A DNA stretch of 62,774 nt, filler included. It is 5 parts of 5 records of this genome, joined end to end, with 100 filler letters (N's around TTAATTAATTAA, not from the genome) between each part and the next. Parts side by side here need not be neighbours in the genome. Positions count along the whole stretch, not along the records: positions 47,539 to 56,807 come from DRR723986_7335; positions 56,908 to 62,774 come from DRR723986_7353; 3 more parts are not named here. The stretch is one strand, 5' to 3'. The stretch's first letter is position 1. Each line of letters begins with the position of its first letter. Of the stretch, positions 49,654 to 59,695 are shown piece by piece. The position numbers and the translations under genes were made by a program. Under the pieces are notes generated by a model. That model had not been told where the DNA came from and did no database searches. It saw nothing but the letters and a program-made list of their open reading frames with translations.

Positions 49654-50847
49654 TCAGATCAGGGTTAAGGCCTTCTTGAAATGCGACTGCCACGTGGGTG
49701 GGTCGAATATCGGGGCTGCCTGCCCCCGGCCATCTTGTCCTGCCCGATGGAGCGCCGCCATCTCTATAATCTTGTTGCGCCAAAGATAGCGGTCGGAGGC
49801 ATCCGCGTAAACGGGAATGTTTCCCATGACTTCCCGGTAGATTGGAAGATCGTTGCACAGGACCGGAACGCCCAGCGCCGCCGCCTCTGCCGGGGGCAGG
49901 CCGTAGCCTTCGGCGAGGCTGGGAAAGAGCATCCCGGCGCTGCCCGTCAGCAGGCCCGCGATCTGCGCGTCGCACAGCCCCGGCAGTTCGTGAACGCGAT
50001 CGGGCCGGGCGCCGAGCCGCGCGAAGGTCTGGTGGTTCTCCCAGCCCCGGGCGCCGCAGATCAGCAGGTGGGCGTCGGGGATCTCCGGCCAGAGATCCAG
50101 CAACAGGGCGTGGTTCTTGCGCGGCTCGATGGTGCCGACGGTGACGAAATAGGGCGCCTGCCAAGGGCCTACGGGCGGCACCCCGGGTTCGGCCACGTCG
50201 ATGCCCAGGGGGGCCACCACGGCCTTTGGCATCGCATCGCCAAGGTGCCGCGAGACATCGGCCCGGGTCTGCTCGGAATTGCACAGCACCACATCGGCCC
50301 CGCGCCCAACGCGTGCAAGGAAGGCGGCAAAGCGCGCCACCGAGCCGGGGCGTTGATACTGCGGATAATCCAGCGGAATCGTGTCGTGGACCAGCACGGC
50401 GATCCGGGCATCCAGCGCGTTCAGCGCGCTGAGGACGCGGTCCGTCAGGTTCGTATGTCCGAGGTTCACGTAATGCAAGCCGCGCGGCAGGTGGCGGCGC
50501 AGCATTCGGCCCAACAGCGGCGTCACGCAGCGCGCAAGGCACAGGCGGCGCAGGTCGGCCTCGGCCCGGGCGCGCATCGGGTCCAGATCGCGCACCAGCC
50601 GCGACATCCGGTCCGGGGGGCCCCAACCACCCGCGCGCAGGCGGTCGCGCAGGGCTGCGCATCCCGCGCCGTCCAGCAGGACATATCCAAGGGACGTGCG
50701 CACCAGACCGTACAACCCGCCCTGACCACACAGGTGATCGAGCCACGCGTATTCCACCCGGTCCACGCCTGTCAGGGGCCGCCCGGCCCGGCTGACCAGC
50801 CGCGTCAGGTCCAGCAGCCGGATGGGCTCAGCCCTCGTAATGGCCAT
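49654..50847 (-). CDS. GT4 glycosyltransferase (capsule-type)
   Basis: TGVDRVE, HDTIPLDYP, VGTIEPRKNH, PSLAEGYGLPPAEA. Confidence 0.88.
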   Translation of the reverse strand: MAITRAEPIRLLDLTRLVSRAGRPLTGVDRVEYAWLDHLCGQGGLYGLVRTSLGYVLLDGAGCAALRDRLRAGGWGPPDRMSRLVRDLDPMRARAEADLRRLCLARCVTPLLGRMLRRHLPRGLHYVNLGHTNLTDRVLSALNALDARIAVLVHDTIPLDYPQYQRPGSVARFAAFLARVGRGADVVLCNSEQTRADVSRHLGDAMPKAVVAPLGIDVAEPGVPPVGPWQAPYFVTVGTIEPRKNHALLLDLWPEIPDAHLLICGARGWENHQTFARLGARPDRVHELPGLCDAQIAGLLTGSAGMLFPSLAEGYGLPPAEAAALGVPVLCNDLPIYREVMGNIPVYADASDRYLWRNKIIEMAALHRAGQDGRGQAAPIFDPPTWQSHFKKALTLI

Positions 50848-51811
50848 TCTTGTGCCAGCGCCACGCGTCCGCGATCATCAGCGGCATGGTCGAGCGTTTG
50901 GGCCGCCAGCCAAGCTCCGAGACGGCGCGCTCCGACCCGGAGACCAGCTTGGTCGCATCCCCGGCACGGCGCGGGCCTTCGCTGCAGGGGACCTCGGCGT
51001 TGGTGACATGCGCTGCGGCCGAGACGACCTCGCGCACCGAGAAGCCCTTGCCGGTTCCAAGATTGAAGACCCGGCTGCCCTTGCCCTCCTGCAGCCACCT
51101 CAGCCCCAGCACATGCGCGTCGACGAGGTCGCAGACGTGGACGTAGTCGCGGATGCAGGTGCCATCGGGCGTGTCGTAATCGGTGCCGTTGATGGTCAGG
51201 CCGGGGCGCGTCCCGTCGACGGCCTCCAGCATGACCGGGATCAGATGGGTCTCGGGGCGGTGGTGCTCTCCGATCTCGCCCTCGGGATCGGCCCCCGCGA
51301 CGTTGAAGTAGCGGAAGATCACGTGCCGCAGGCCGAAGGCCGCCTCGAAGTCGCGCAGGATGTCCTCGACCGCGCGCTTGGAAGCGCCATAGGCGTTAAG
51401 GGGCCGCTGCGGGGTGTCCTCGTCCAGCACCACGTTGTCATGCTCGCCATAGCTGGCGCAGGTCGATGAGAAGACGACGTCGAGACAGCCCGCCGCGACC
51501 GCCGCCTCCATCAAGGTCAGCGATCCGCAGACGTTGTTGCGCCAGTAGATCCCGGGCTTGGCCATGGCCTCGCCCACCTGACTGAGCGCGGCGAAATGCA
51601 TGACGGCGACCGGCTGCCAGCGCCGGAACACCTCGTCCAACTGGGCGCGGTCGGTCAGATCGCCCTGCTCGAACGGGCCGAACTTCACCGCGTCCTTCCA
51701 GCCGGTCGACAAATTGTCGAAGACCACGGGCGTGAAACCCGCGGTCTTCAAGGCCTTGCAGGCGTGGCTTCCGATGTACCCGGCGCCACCTGTCACGAGG
51801 ACGGTCGTCAC
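50828..51811 (-). CDS. galE: UDP-glucose 4-epimerase
   Basis: TGGAGYIGSH, YGASK, RYFNVAGADP, DGTCIRDYVHV. Confidence 0.93.
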   Translation of the reverse strand: MTTVLVTGGAGYIGSHACKALKTAGFTPVVFDNLSTGWKDAVKFGPFEQGDLTDRAQLDEVFRRWQPVAVMHFAALSQVGEAMAKPGIYWRNNVCGSLTLMEAAVAAGCLDVVFSSTCASYGEHDNVVLDEDTPQRPLNAYGASKRAVEDILRDFEAAFGLRHVIFRYFNVAGADPEGEIGEHHRPETHLIPVMLEAVDGTRPGLTINGTDYDTPDGTCIRDYVHVCDLVDAHVLGLRWLQEGKGSRVFNLGTGKGFSVREVVSAAAHVTNAEVPCSEGPRRAGDATKLVSGSERAVSELGWRPKRSTMPLMIADAWRWHKNGHYEG

Positions 51812-51815
51812 GGGG

Positions 51816-52706
51816 TCACTCTGCCGCCTTCCGCGAGGACATGACTTCCGTCAGATAGGCTTCGAGGTCGTGGCGCAGGTCGTCGCGCGCAAGCCCGAAG
51901 GCCACGGTGGCCTGCAGGAAGCCCGCCTTGGAGCCGCAATCGAAGCGCTGGCCCCGGAAGCGGTAGCCGTAGACGCCGTCACCGTCGATCTCTTCGGCGA
52001 TGGCATCGGTCAGCTGCACTTCGCCGCCGGCGCCGGTCTTCATCTTGTTGAGATGCTTGAAGACGTTGGGCGACAGCACGTAACGCCCGATCACCGCAAG
52101 GTTGGACGGCGCGTCTTCGGCCTTGGGCTTCTCGACCATGCCCTTGACCTTGACCATCGAGCCCATGTCCTCGGACACGTCGAGCACACCATAGGCGCTG
52201 GTCTTGTCCTGCGGCACCTCCATGGCGGCGACCATGCTGCCGCCGGTCTCTTCATAGGCTTCGATCATCTGCTGCAGGCAGGGCTTTTCTGCGGCGATCA
52301 CGTCGTCGGGCAGGACCACGGCGAAGGGCTCGTTGTGGACCAGACGCCGGGCGCACCAGATGGCATGGCCGAGGCCAAGCGCCTTGGCCTGCCGGATATA
52401 AGCGATCTCGCCCGAATCCATGTTGGTGGTCTTCAGGATCTCGAGGAGTTCCTTCTTGTCCTTCTTGCGCAACTCCTGCTCGAGGTGCGGCGCGTGGTCG
52501 AAGTAATCCTCGAGGGCCGACTTCCCGCGCGCGGTGACGAAGATGAATTCCTTGATCCCGGCGGCACGGCATTCGTCGATGGCGTATTGGACAAGCGGCC
52601 GATCGACGAGGGTCATGATCTCCTTGGGGACGGATTTCGTCGCCGGCAGAAAACGGGTGCCAAGGCCCGCAACCGGAAATATCGCCTTGGTGACCTTCTT
52701 GCGCAT
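51816..52706 (-). CDS. galU: UTP-glucose-1-phosphate uridylyltransferase
   Basis: KAIFPVAGLGTRFLPATKSVPKE, GLGHA, VEKP, QLTDA. Confidence 0.95.
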   Translation of the reverse strand: MRKKVTKAIFPVAGLGTRFLPATKSVPKEIMTLVDRPLVQYAIDECRAAGIKEFIFVTARGKSALEDYFDHAPHLEQELRKKDKKELLEILKTTNMDSGEIAYIRQAKALGLGHAIWCARRLVHNEPFAVVLPDDVIAAEKPCLQQMIEAYEETGGSMVAAMEVPQDKTSAYGVLDVSEDMGSMVKVKGMVEKPKAEDAPSNLAVIGRYVLSPNVFKHLNKMKTGAGGEVQLTDAIAEEIDGDGVYGYRFRGQRFDCGSKAGFLQATVAFGLARDDLRHDLEAYLTEVMSSRKAAE

Positions 52707-52859
52707 TCGAATGCTCCTTTCGTGCCGGCCAAGCCGGCAATCACTTTACGTGGTGTTATACACGTTTCGCCGAAGTCTTGCCTTCTGAAAGGCAGAATTC
52801 GAAGATTTTTTCCCGAGTACCGTTAATGTGGTCCGCCGCCGACCACCAGCTTTCCGCCT

Positions 52860-54086
52860 TCAACCCCTGACGGGGGCGATCCGTTCCATCTCTGCTGCAA
52901 CGCGGCGACGGAAACGCCATGGCCGCACCAGCCCGCCCGCCCGGGTGCTGCGTCCGAAAAGTCCGCCCCGCTGCTCCCAGACGCCTGAGGATGTTAGGGA
53001 AACCCGGTGATACAGGGCCGTCGGCGAGAAGAGGAAAAGGCTGACGATCTGCCCCTTGGCGACCGCCTCCGCCGCCTGACGCCGCAGGGCGCCCGCCTGC
53101 CATGGCCTGCCTGAAAAAACGGCACGTTCGGCGCCCACTGCCGAAGGATAGGGCAGGAAGGGCATGGTTGCGCTGGGGACGGCCCGAAGGGGCGCAAGGG
53201 GCCGCGCGGCCCCTTCGGCACCGCCCCGGTCGAGGCTGCGCATCAACGCGGCCATGCCTACAGGGTCCAGCGGACCGCGCTGCACGTAGCGCAAAAGCCG
53301 CCTGCGCTGCGCCTCCCGGAACCCCGCCCAGGCCTCTGCCCGCCGCGAAGCCGCACAATGGCGGCGCAGGAAGACCTGCTGCGAGGCGCCGATCTGGAAC
53401 AGATCGCGCGGCGTTCGGTCCGGGGCCCGTCGGGCGCTTTCGGCAAAGCCGTGATGGACCTGCGCCAGCGGGACGATGGCCGTGGCAAACCCCTCGCGGG
53501 CGAGGCGCATGTTCAGGTCCGTTTCGTCGAGATAGAAGCGATAGGCCGGATCGAAGCCGCCCATCGCCGCAAGAACCGACCGTCGCACGGCCATGTTCGT
53601 GCCTTCCGTCTTGATCGCCCGGTCGTCGGTCGGCTGCAGGACGCGCGGCTCCATGCCGGGCAGGTCCATGTCCCGGGCCTCGCCCGTCCGGTCGACGCTG
53701 CGCGCGCGCCACTGGAACGAGATCCCGTTGCGGCCCAGCACATAGCCCCCCGCCGCCGCGACATCCTCGGAGAAGGGCGCACAGAGATGGCGCAGCCAGA
53801 GCGGTTCCGGCACCGCATCGTCATCGATGAAGGCCACCACGTCGCCCGCCGCGACTGCAAGCCCGGCATTGCGCGCGGCAGAGATATTGGCCTCGTCGAA
53901 GGCCACGACCTTCAGATGCGCCGCATCGGGCCGGGCCGTGGCGAGTGCCAGCCCCTTGGGGCAGGCGACGACGATCACCTCGAAATCCGGGTAGTCGAGC
54001 TGGGCGATGCCGGTCAGGCAGCGGGCCAGCGCAGCGGGGCGATCCCGGCTGACGATGACGATGCTGGCGCGGACCGGCAGGGCCAC
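52860..54086 (-). CDS. GT2 glycosyltransferase
   Basis: SIVIVSRDR, ARNAG, FIDDDA, GGFD, DETD; GTG 54086 lies 4 nt after the cysQ stop. Confidence 0.85.
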   Translation of the reverse strand: MALPVRASIVIVSRDRPAALARCLTGIAQLDYPDFEVIVVACPKGLALATARPDAAHLKVVAFDEANISAARNAGLAVAAGDVVAFIDDDAVPEPLWLRHLCAPFSEDVAAAGGYVLGRNGISFQWRARSVDRTGEARDMDLPGMEPRVLQPTDDRAIKTEGTNMAVRRSVLAAMGGFDPAYRFYLDETDLNMRLAREGFATAIVPLAQVHHGFAESARRAPDRTPRDLFQIGASQQVFLRRHCAASRRAEAWAGFREAQRRRLLRYVQRGPLDPVGMAALMRSLDRGGAEGAARPLAPLRAVPSATMPFLPYPSAVGAERAVFSGRPWQAGALRRQAAEAVAKGQIVSLFLFSPTALYHRVSLTSSGVWEQRGGLFGRSTRAGGLVRPWRFRRRVAAEMERIAPVRG

Positions 54087-54090
54087 GGTC

Positions 54091-54888
54091 TCAGCCCTTC
54101 TTGAGGTCGACCCCGGGGGCGTAGGCGATGAAATAGGGGTTCGCGAACCCCTCCTTGCCATAGGCCAGCGGCGTGTGATCGTCGAAGCGCACCACTCGTC
54201 CGCCCGCGCCGTTCAGCACCGCGTGGCCTGCGGCGGTGTCCCACTCCATCGTCCGGCCGAGGCGCGGGTAGAGATCCGCCTCTCCGGTCGCGACGAGGCA
54301 GAACTTCAGCGAGGACCCCGCGCTCTTGGCGTCCTCGACCGCGTAGAGGTTGATGTAGTCGTCCGTGGACTGGTCGCGGTGCGACTTGGAGGCCACGACC
54401 ATGAGCGCGTCGTTGTTCGGCTCCGAGACCGAGATCCGCTTCGTCTCGCCCACCGTGTCCTTGTCGAAGGGGCCGATCTCTTCGACCGCGTTGCCGACGC
54501 TGTCGGTGTAGAACATCCGCCCGCGCGCCGGGGCGTAGACGACGCCGCGCGTCGGCACCCCATCCTCGACCAGCGCGATGTTGACGGTGAAATCCCCGCG
54601 CCGTTTCACGAATTCCTTGGTGCCGTCGAGCGGGTCGACGATGAGGAAGGTCATCGCGTCCAGATCGTGGCTGTCCGCCTGCTCCTCGGTGACCAGCGGC
54701 ATGTCCGGAAAGGCGTCGCGCAGCCCGGCAGAGATCAGCGCGTCAGCCGCCTCGTCCGCCTCCGTCACCGGGCTGGAATCCGACTTCACCTTCACCTCGA
54801 AGTCGTCGCTTTCGTAGATCGCCATGATCCTGTCGCCCGCCTCGAGCGCGAGGCGGCGCAGGACGGTGGTCAGTTCGGAATAGTTCAT
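54091..54888 (-). CDS. cysQ: 3'(2'),5'-bisphosphate nucleotidase CysQ
   Basis: SPVTEAD, VDPLDGTKEF, ASKSH, GSSLKFC, EWDTAAG; GGAG before ATG 54888. Confidence 0.93.
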   Translation of the reverse strand: MNYSELTTVLRRLALEAGDRIMAIYESDDFEVKVKSDSSPVTEADEAADALISAGLRDAFPDMPLVTEEQADSHDLDAMTFLIVDPLDGTKEFVKRRGDFTVNIALVEDGVPTRGVVYAPARGRMFYTDSVGNAVEEIGPFDKDTVGETKRISVSEPNNDALMVVASKSHRDQSTDDYINLYAVEDAKSAGSSLKFCLVATGEADLYPRLGRTMEWDTAAGHAVLNGAGGRVVRFDDHTPLAYGKEGFANPYFIAYAPGVDLKKG

Positions 54889-55046
54889 GGCAAAGCTCCC
54901 GCCCGCGCGGACCCACGCGGATTCATTGATTTGAAAACCCATCCCGCTTATGGTGCCGATCAACCAGAACGGCAAGCGCCGCACCGCCCGAGGCAGGGAC
55001 GACAGATCCCGGGGGCACCCCTGAGCAGACCGGAGACCCGCGCACG

Positions 55047-55877
55047 ATGTTCGAGACCGCCAAACCCCGCTCGCGGCTGGGATCTGCCCTCTACATCGCA
55101 GAGTTGATCTACCACAACTCGGTGCGGGCGGTGCGCAAGACGCACAACAACGCCTTCATGGCGATCTTCATGAACATGCTGCAGACGATCATCTTCGTGC
55201 TGGCCTTCTACTTCATGTTCCTCGTGCTGGGGATGCGCGGATCGGCGCTGCGCGGCGACTTCCTCGTCTACATCATGACCGGCGTCTTCCTGTACATGAC
55301 GCACACCAAGACGCTGGGCGCGGTCGCCGGATCGGAGGGGCCGGCCAGCCCGATGATGCAGCACGCGCCGATGAACACGATGATCGCGATCATCTCGGCG
55401 ATGCTGTCCTCTCTCTACATCCAGGTGCTGTCGTTGATGGCGATCCTCTTCGTTTACGATGTCGCCTTCAACCCCTTCGTCATGCAGGACATCCACGACC
55501 CGATCGGCTGCCTTGGGATGCTCTTGCTGTCGTGGTTCTCGGGGGCGGCGATCGGCATGGTGGTCCTGGCGATCAAGCCCTGGTTCCCGACGCCGGTCAG
55601 CATCCTGACGACGATCTACCAGCGCGCCAACATGATCGCCTCGGGCAAGATGTTCGTGGCCAATACGCTGCCCACCTACATGCTGGTGATGTTCGACTGG
55701 AATCCGCTGTTCCACACCATCGACCAGTCCCGAGGGTACGCTTTCGTGGATTACAACCCCCGGAATTCCAACTGGGAATATGCCTTCTACCTGTCTATCG
55801 TCCTTCTCATGATTGGCCTGATGGGTGAATTCTACACCCGCAAACACGCCTCTGCCTCGTGGAGCGCGCGCCGCTAG
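55047..55877 (+). CDS. ABC-2 polysaccharide export permease (KpsM/Wzm-like)
   Basis: About six TM helices, WNPLFHTIDQSR; adjacent to the GT cluster. Confidence 0.78.
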   Translation: MFETAKPRSRLGSALYIAELIYHNSVRAVRKTHNNAFMAIFMNMLQTIIFVLAFYFMFLVLGMRGSALRGDFLVYIMTGVFLYMTHTKTLGAVAGSEGPASPMMQHAPMNTMIAIISAMLSSLYIQVLSLMAILFVYDVAFNPFVMQDIHDPIGCLGMLLLSWFSGAAIGMVVLAIKPWFPTPVSILTTIYQRANMIASGKMFVANTLPTYMLVMFDWNPLFHTIDQSRGYAFVDYNPRNSNWEYAFYLSIVLLMIGLMGEFYTRKHASASWSARR

Positions 55878-55920
55878 GGCGCCCTGTCCCCGGGCCGCGG
55901 CGCCCGTGAAAGGACAGGAC

Positions 55921-56517
55921 ATGTTTTCAAGGATTGCAGTCTTCCTGCTGCTCTGCGGGGCAGCCCATGCGCAGGATTTCCCCGCGCTTTACGACGTGAC
56001 CGGGGTGGCCTCGGACGATGTGCTGAATGTCCGCACCCGCCCCATGGCGGATGCCAACATGGTCGGCACGCTGGCCCCGGACGCTGCGGGCATCGAGGTG
56101 CTGGCAGAGGAAAACGGCTGGGGACAGGTGAATGTCGATGGCCAGTCGGGCTGGGCCTCGCTGGACTTCCTCGCCCGGGTCGAGGGCAGCGCCCTGCCCG
56201 GCGCGGCGGTGGTGGATTGCTTCGGCACCGAACCCTTCTGGTCGCTGGAACTGACGCAGGGCCAAAGCGCGGTGTTTTCCGTGCCCGAGGGGGTCGAGAA
56301 GGCCTTTTCCGTCAGCGCACTGACCACCGCCACGGGGCGGTTTCAGCCCTTCGCCGCGCTGGGGTCGAAGATGGGCGAGAACATTACCGTCATCGTGGGC
56401 GAAGGACAGTGCTCGGACGGCATGTCGGACAACCTCTTCGGCCTGACCGGGACCGTGGTGATCGGCGGCTATGACACGCAGGTCTATTCCGGCTGCTGCA
56501 CGCTGGACGTGGACTGA
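55921..56517 (+). CDS. Exported SH3-domain protein with GTEPFW/CSDGMSD (COG3650-like) domain
   Basis: Signal peptide, DVLNVR...WGQV...GWAS, CFGTEPFW, CSDGMSD, YSGCC. Confidence 0.8.
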   Translation: MFSRIAVFLLLCGAAHAQDFPALYDVTGVASDDVLNVRTRPMADANMVGTLAPDAAGIEVLAEENGWGQVNVDGQSGWASLDFLARVEGSALPGAAVVDCFGTEPFWSLELTQGQSAVFSVPEGVEKAFSVSALTTATGRFQPFAALGSKMGENITVIVGEGQCSDGMSDNLFGLTGTVVIGGYDTQVYSGCCTLDVD

Positions 56518-56756
56518 TGCTGCGCCTGAGCCTGCTGCTGGCCGCGCTGGCCCTGCCCGCCTCGGCGCAAGACTATCCGCGCCTGCACGACGTGACCGGC
56601 GTCGCCTCGAACGATACGCTGAACGTGCGAGAGGCGCCCTCTGCGCAGGCAGGACATGCACCCCTGTCGCCGACGCACGCCAAGCCGCGCAGCGACGGGC
56701 CGTGGTCCGGCGATCCTCCGCGTCAGGACGGCACTTTATCCCTGCAAAGTCCGTAA
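56517..56756 (+). pseudogene. Truncated paralog of the upstream SH3 protein (pseudogene or contig-end error)
   Basis: AQDYPRLHDVTGVASNDTLNVR matches AQDFPALYDVTGVASDDVLNVR; similarity is lost after about 56660. Confidence 0.5.
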
Positions 56757-56807
56757 ATCCCAAGTCAGGTCGCGCTGTCGGCAGCCAAATCGCCGGGCCC
56801 CGGGACG

Positions 56808-56907
56808 NNNNNNNNNNNNNNNNNNNNNNNNNNNNNNNNNNNNNNNNNNNNTTAATTAATTAANNNNNNNNNNNNNNNNNNNNNNNNNNNNNNNNNNNNN
56901 NNNNNNN
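56808..56907. other. Artificial contig-joining spacer
   Basis: 100 bp of N around TTAATTAATTAA. Confidence 0.98.
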
Positions 56908-58587
56908 TGGCTTATCGCCACGCGGCTTGTCGCCATAGGGTTTTTTGGGCGCTGCGGGGCGGGGGCCATCGGCGTTGCGTGGGGCGTGGGGTTTGGGGCC
57001 GCGCTGTGGGGCAGGGCCCAGATCTGGGGTGCCATCCACCAGCGTGGCAGATACGTCATTTTCCAAAATGCCGCCCGCCTGCAGGCCTGCCAGCATTGTG
57101 CGGCCGGCCTCTTCGGCCAGTTCCACCACCGTATCCTGGTCGCGCACGCGGATGCGCCCGATGGCGGCCTTGTCCAGGTTGCCGGCGCGGCACAGCAGTG
57201 GCAACAGCCAGCGTGGCTCGGCGCCTTTGTCACGCCCAACCGACAGCGCCACCCAGATCGAGGGGCCGAATTCCTGTTTGGGCGCGCGTGCGCCTTTGAC
57301 GTTCAGCTCTTCGGGGGCCGACAGGTTGGCGCGAAACAGCCGCAAACAGGCGGCGGCCAGCTCGTGCGGGGTGCGTTCGGCCACCAGCTTTGCGGCAAAG
57401 GCGGCCTCGTCCTGCGTCAGCTCGGCCTGCCATGCCGGATCGGCCAGCAGCCGCGCCTCGTCTTTGGCGCGAATGTCTTCGGGGGTGGGGGCGTGCGTCC
57501 ATTCAGCGGTCAGCTTGGCCCATTTCAGCAGCCTTTCGGCCTTTTTGGTGATTTTATCCGGCACGATCAGCGCCGAGATCCCCTTGCGCCCAGCCCGGCC
57601 AGTGCGGCCCGAGCGGTGTAGCAAGGCTTCGGTGTTGGTGGGCAGATCGGCATGCACCACCAGTTCCAGATTGGGCAGGTCGATGCCGCGTGCCGCCACA
57701 TCGGTGGCCACGCATACCTTGGCCCGGCCATCGCGCATGGCTTGCAGGGCGTGGCTGCGCTCGTCTTGGCTAAGCTCGCCCGACAGGCTGACCACCGCAA
57801 AACCGCGGTTGGCAAAGCGCGCCGTCAGGCGGGCCACGGTGGCGCGGGTGTTGGCAAAAACAATCGCAGTGGGGGCATCGTGAAACCGCAACAGGTTTAT
57901 GATGGCATGTTCCACATCGGCGGGCGACACTTGCACCACCTGATAGCTGATATCGGCATGCTGGCTGCCCTTGACCAAGGTGGTCACGCGCACTGCATCG
58001 CGCTGATAGCGCTTGGCCAATTCCGCAATCATCGGCGGCACGGTGGCCGAAAACAGCAGCGTGCGGCGGGTTTCGGGCGCCTCGCCCAGCATGAACTCCA
58101 GATCTTCGCGAAAGCCCAGATCCAGCATTTCATCGGCTTCATCCAGCACAACCGCGCGAATATCGCCCAGTTCCAGCGCGCCGCGTTCGATATGGTCACG
58201 CAGGCGGCCGGGCGTGCCCACAACGATATGGGCGCCGCGTTCCAGGGCGCGGCGTTCCTCGCGCGCATCCATGCCGCCGATGCACGATGTCACGCGCGCG
58301 CCGGTGCGGGCATATAGCCACTCGATCTCGCGGCGCACCTGCAGCGCCAATTCGCGCGTGGGCGCCACGATCAATGCCAAAGGTGCGGCAGGGGCGCCCA
58401 GGCGCGGTGCGCCCTGCAGCAAGGTTTCTGCAATGGCCAGGCCAAAGCCCACAGTTTTCCCCGACCCGGTTTGCGCCGATACCAGCAGGTCGGCACCAGC
58501 CAGTTCTGGCGCGGTGACGGCTTGCTGAACCTCGGTCAAGGTGTCGTACCCGCGTTCTGCGAGGGCTTCGGAAAGGGGCGTGATCAT
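56908..58587 (-). CDS. DEAD-box RNA helicase with DbpA-type RNA-binding domain (3'-truncated)
   Basis: AQTGSGKT, PTRELA, TPGR, DEAD, SAT, ARGID, HRSGRTGRAG; ATG 58587. Confidence 0.93.
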
Positions 58588-58716
58588 GTGGGGAAGTGTC
58601 CGTTCTAGGGGCGGCGATCGTGCCACCGAAGGCTGCGCAATAGCCCAGCACGGCCCACCTGTCCAATGATTTATGCGCCTTGCGGCCATGCGGTGCGTGC
58701 ATAACCGCGCAATGGC

Positions 58717-59583
58717 TTAAAACCACTGCCCCGGTTCGATCAGCCCCAGATCCAGCAATTGCCCCGAATGCCAAGTAAAGGGCGTGGAATTGTGCCAACA
58801 AAATGAATGGATATCAAAGGTTGATCCGGGGTTGCGTTTCAGCGCCTTGGCGGTGCGAAACGAGCAGATCGCGGCGCTAAGGTTGTTGTGCCACGGGCAA
58901 GCGTAGGTGTTATATTCCTGGTCATTTGTGCGGTGGTCGGGCAGCAGGCTAAGCCCGGGCTTGGCGCGCAGCAGCGCCACCCGGTCGATTTTGCGCTTGT
59001 GCTGGGGGATATGTTCCTCGAAGCGCCAGCGCAGGCCGCCGAAAAAATCAAGCTGGCGCTCGTAGGGGTGGCCGGTTGCCGGGTTGGTGCGCGCCAGTGC
59101 AAAATAGCCTGCCTTATCCAGATAGGCGTCATCCAATGATACAGCCACGGGATGGGCCTTCAGGTCTTTGGCATAAAGATCCACCACATAGCACAGCATG
59201 GCATCGCGCCGCTCTTCGGTGTGAAACTGCAACATCTCGCCAATGCTGCGGGTTTCGCAAAAGGGAAAGAACAAATACTCGCTGTTGAAACAATAATACA
59301 GCCATTGGCCTGCGGCGCGCGGGATCAGCTGGTTGATGGCGCGCGTCGCGGCATCGGGTTGGCTGGTGTCATAGCTAATACACACCACCTGCGGCGCCAC
59401 ATCGGGTGCCAGGCCAATATGGCTGGGCAAAAACACCAACACCTTGCGAAACCCACAGGCCAAATGGTGGCGAATGGTGCTGTTGACCTCGATTTCGTCC
59501 TCTACAAAAATCGCGGCAATCGGCCCTTTGGCCAAATGCGGCGCGGCATTTTGCAAAAAACTGTCAAGGCTGTCGAAACTCAT
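58717..59583 (-). CDS. GT2-like protein related to 48592-49602 but lacking its acidic motifs
   Basis: FPFCETR, VVDLYAK, GGLRWR and QLLDLGLIEPGQWF align with YPFCDTR, LLDMYPK, GGPRAR and QLEILGLMSKGNWA. Confidence 0.7.
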   Translation of the reverse strand: MSFDSLDSFLQNAAPHLAKGPIAAIFVEDEIEVNSTIRHHLACGFRKVLVFLPSHIGLAPDVAPQVVCISYDTSQPDAATRAINQLIPRAAGQWLYYCFNSEYLFFPFCETRSIGEMLQFHTEERRDAMLCYVVDLYAKDLKAHPVAVSLDDAYLDKAGYFALARTNPATGHPYERQLDFFGGLRWRFEEHIPQHKRKIDRVALLRAKPGLSLLPDHRTNDQEYNTYACPWHNNLSAAICSFRTAKALKRNPGSTFDIHSFCWHNSTPFTWHSGQLLDLGLIEPGQWF

Positions 59584-59695
59584 CACCACTTACCCCCAAA
59601 GCCACCGTGCCAAATTCCGCTAAAACGGCGCGCATTGCAAGCTGTGGCCACAATGGTATAGACCGCGCGCAGTGATGCAGGACAGGATCGTGATG

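Noticed and set aside
49214-52826. Long alternative ORFs (49214-50746, 49681-51006, 51600-52826)
   Set aside because: They overlap well-supported GT, galE and galU genes and lack motifs.
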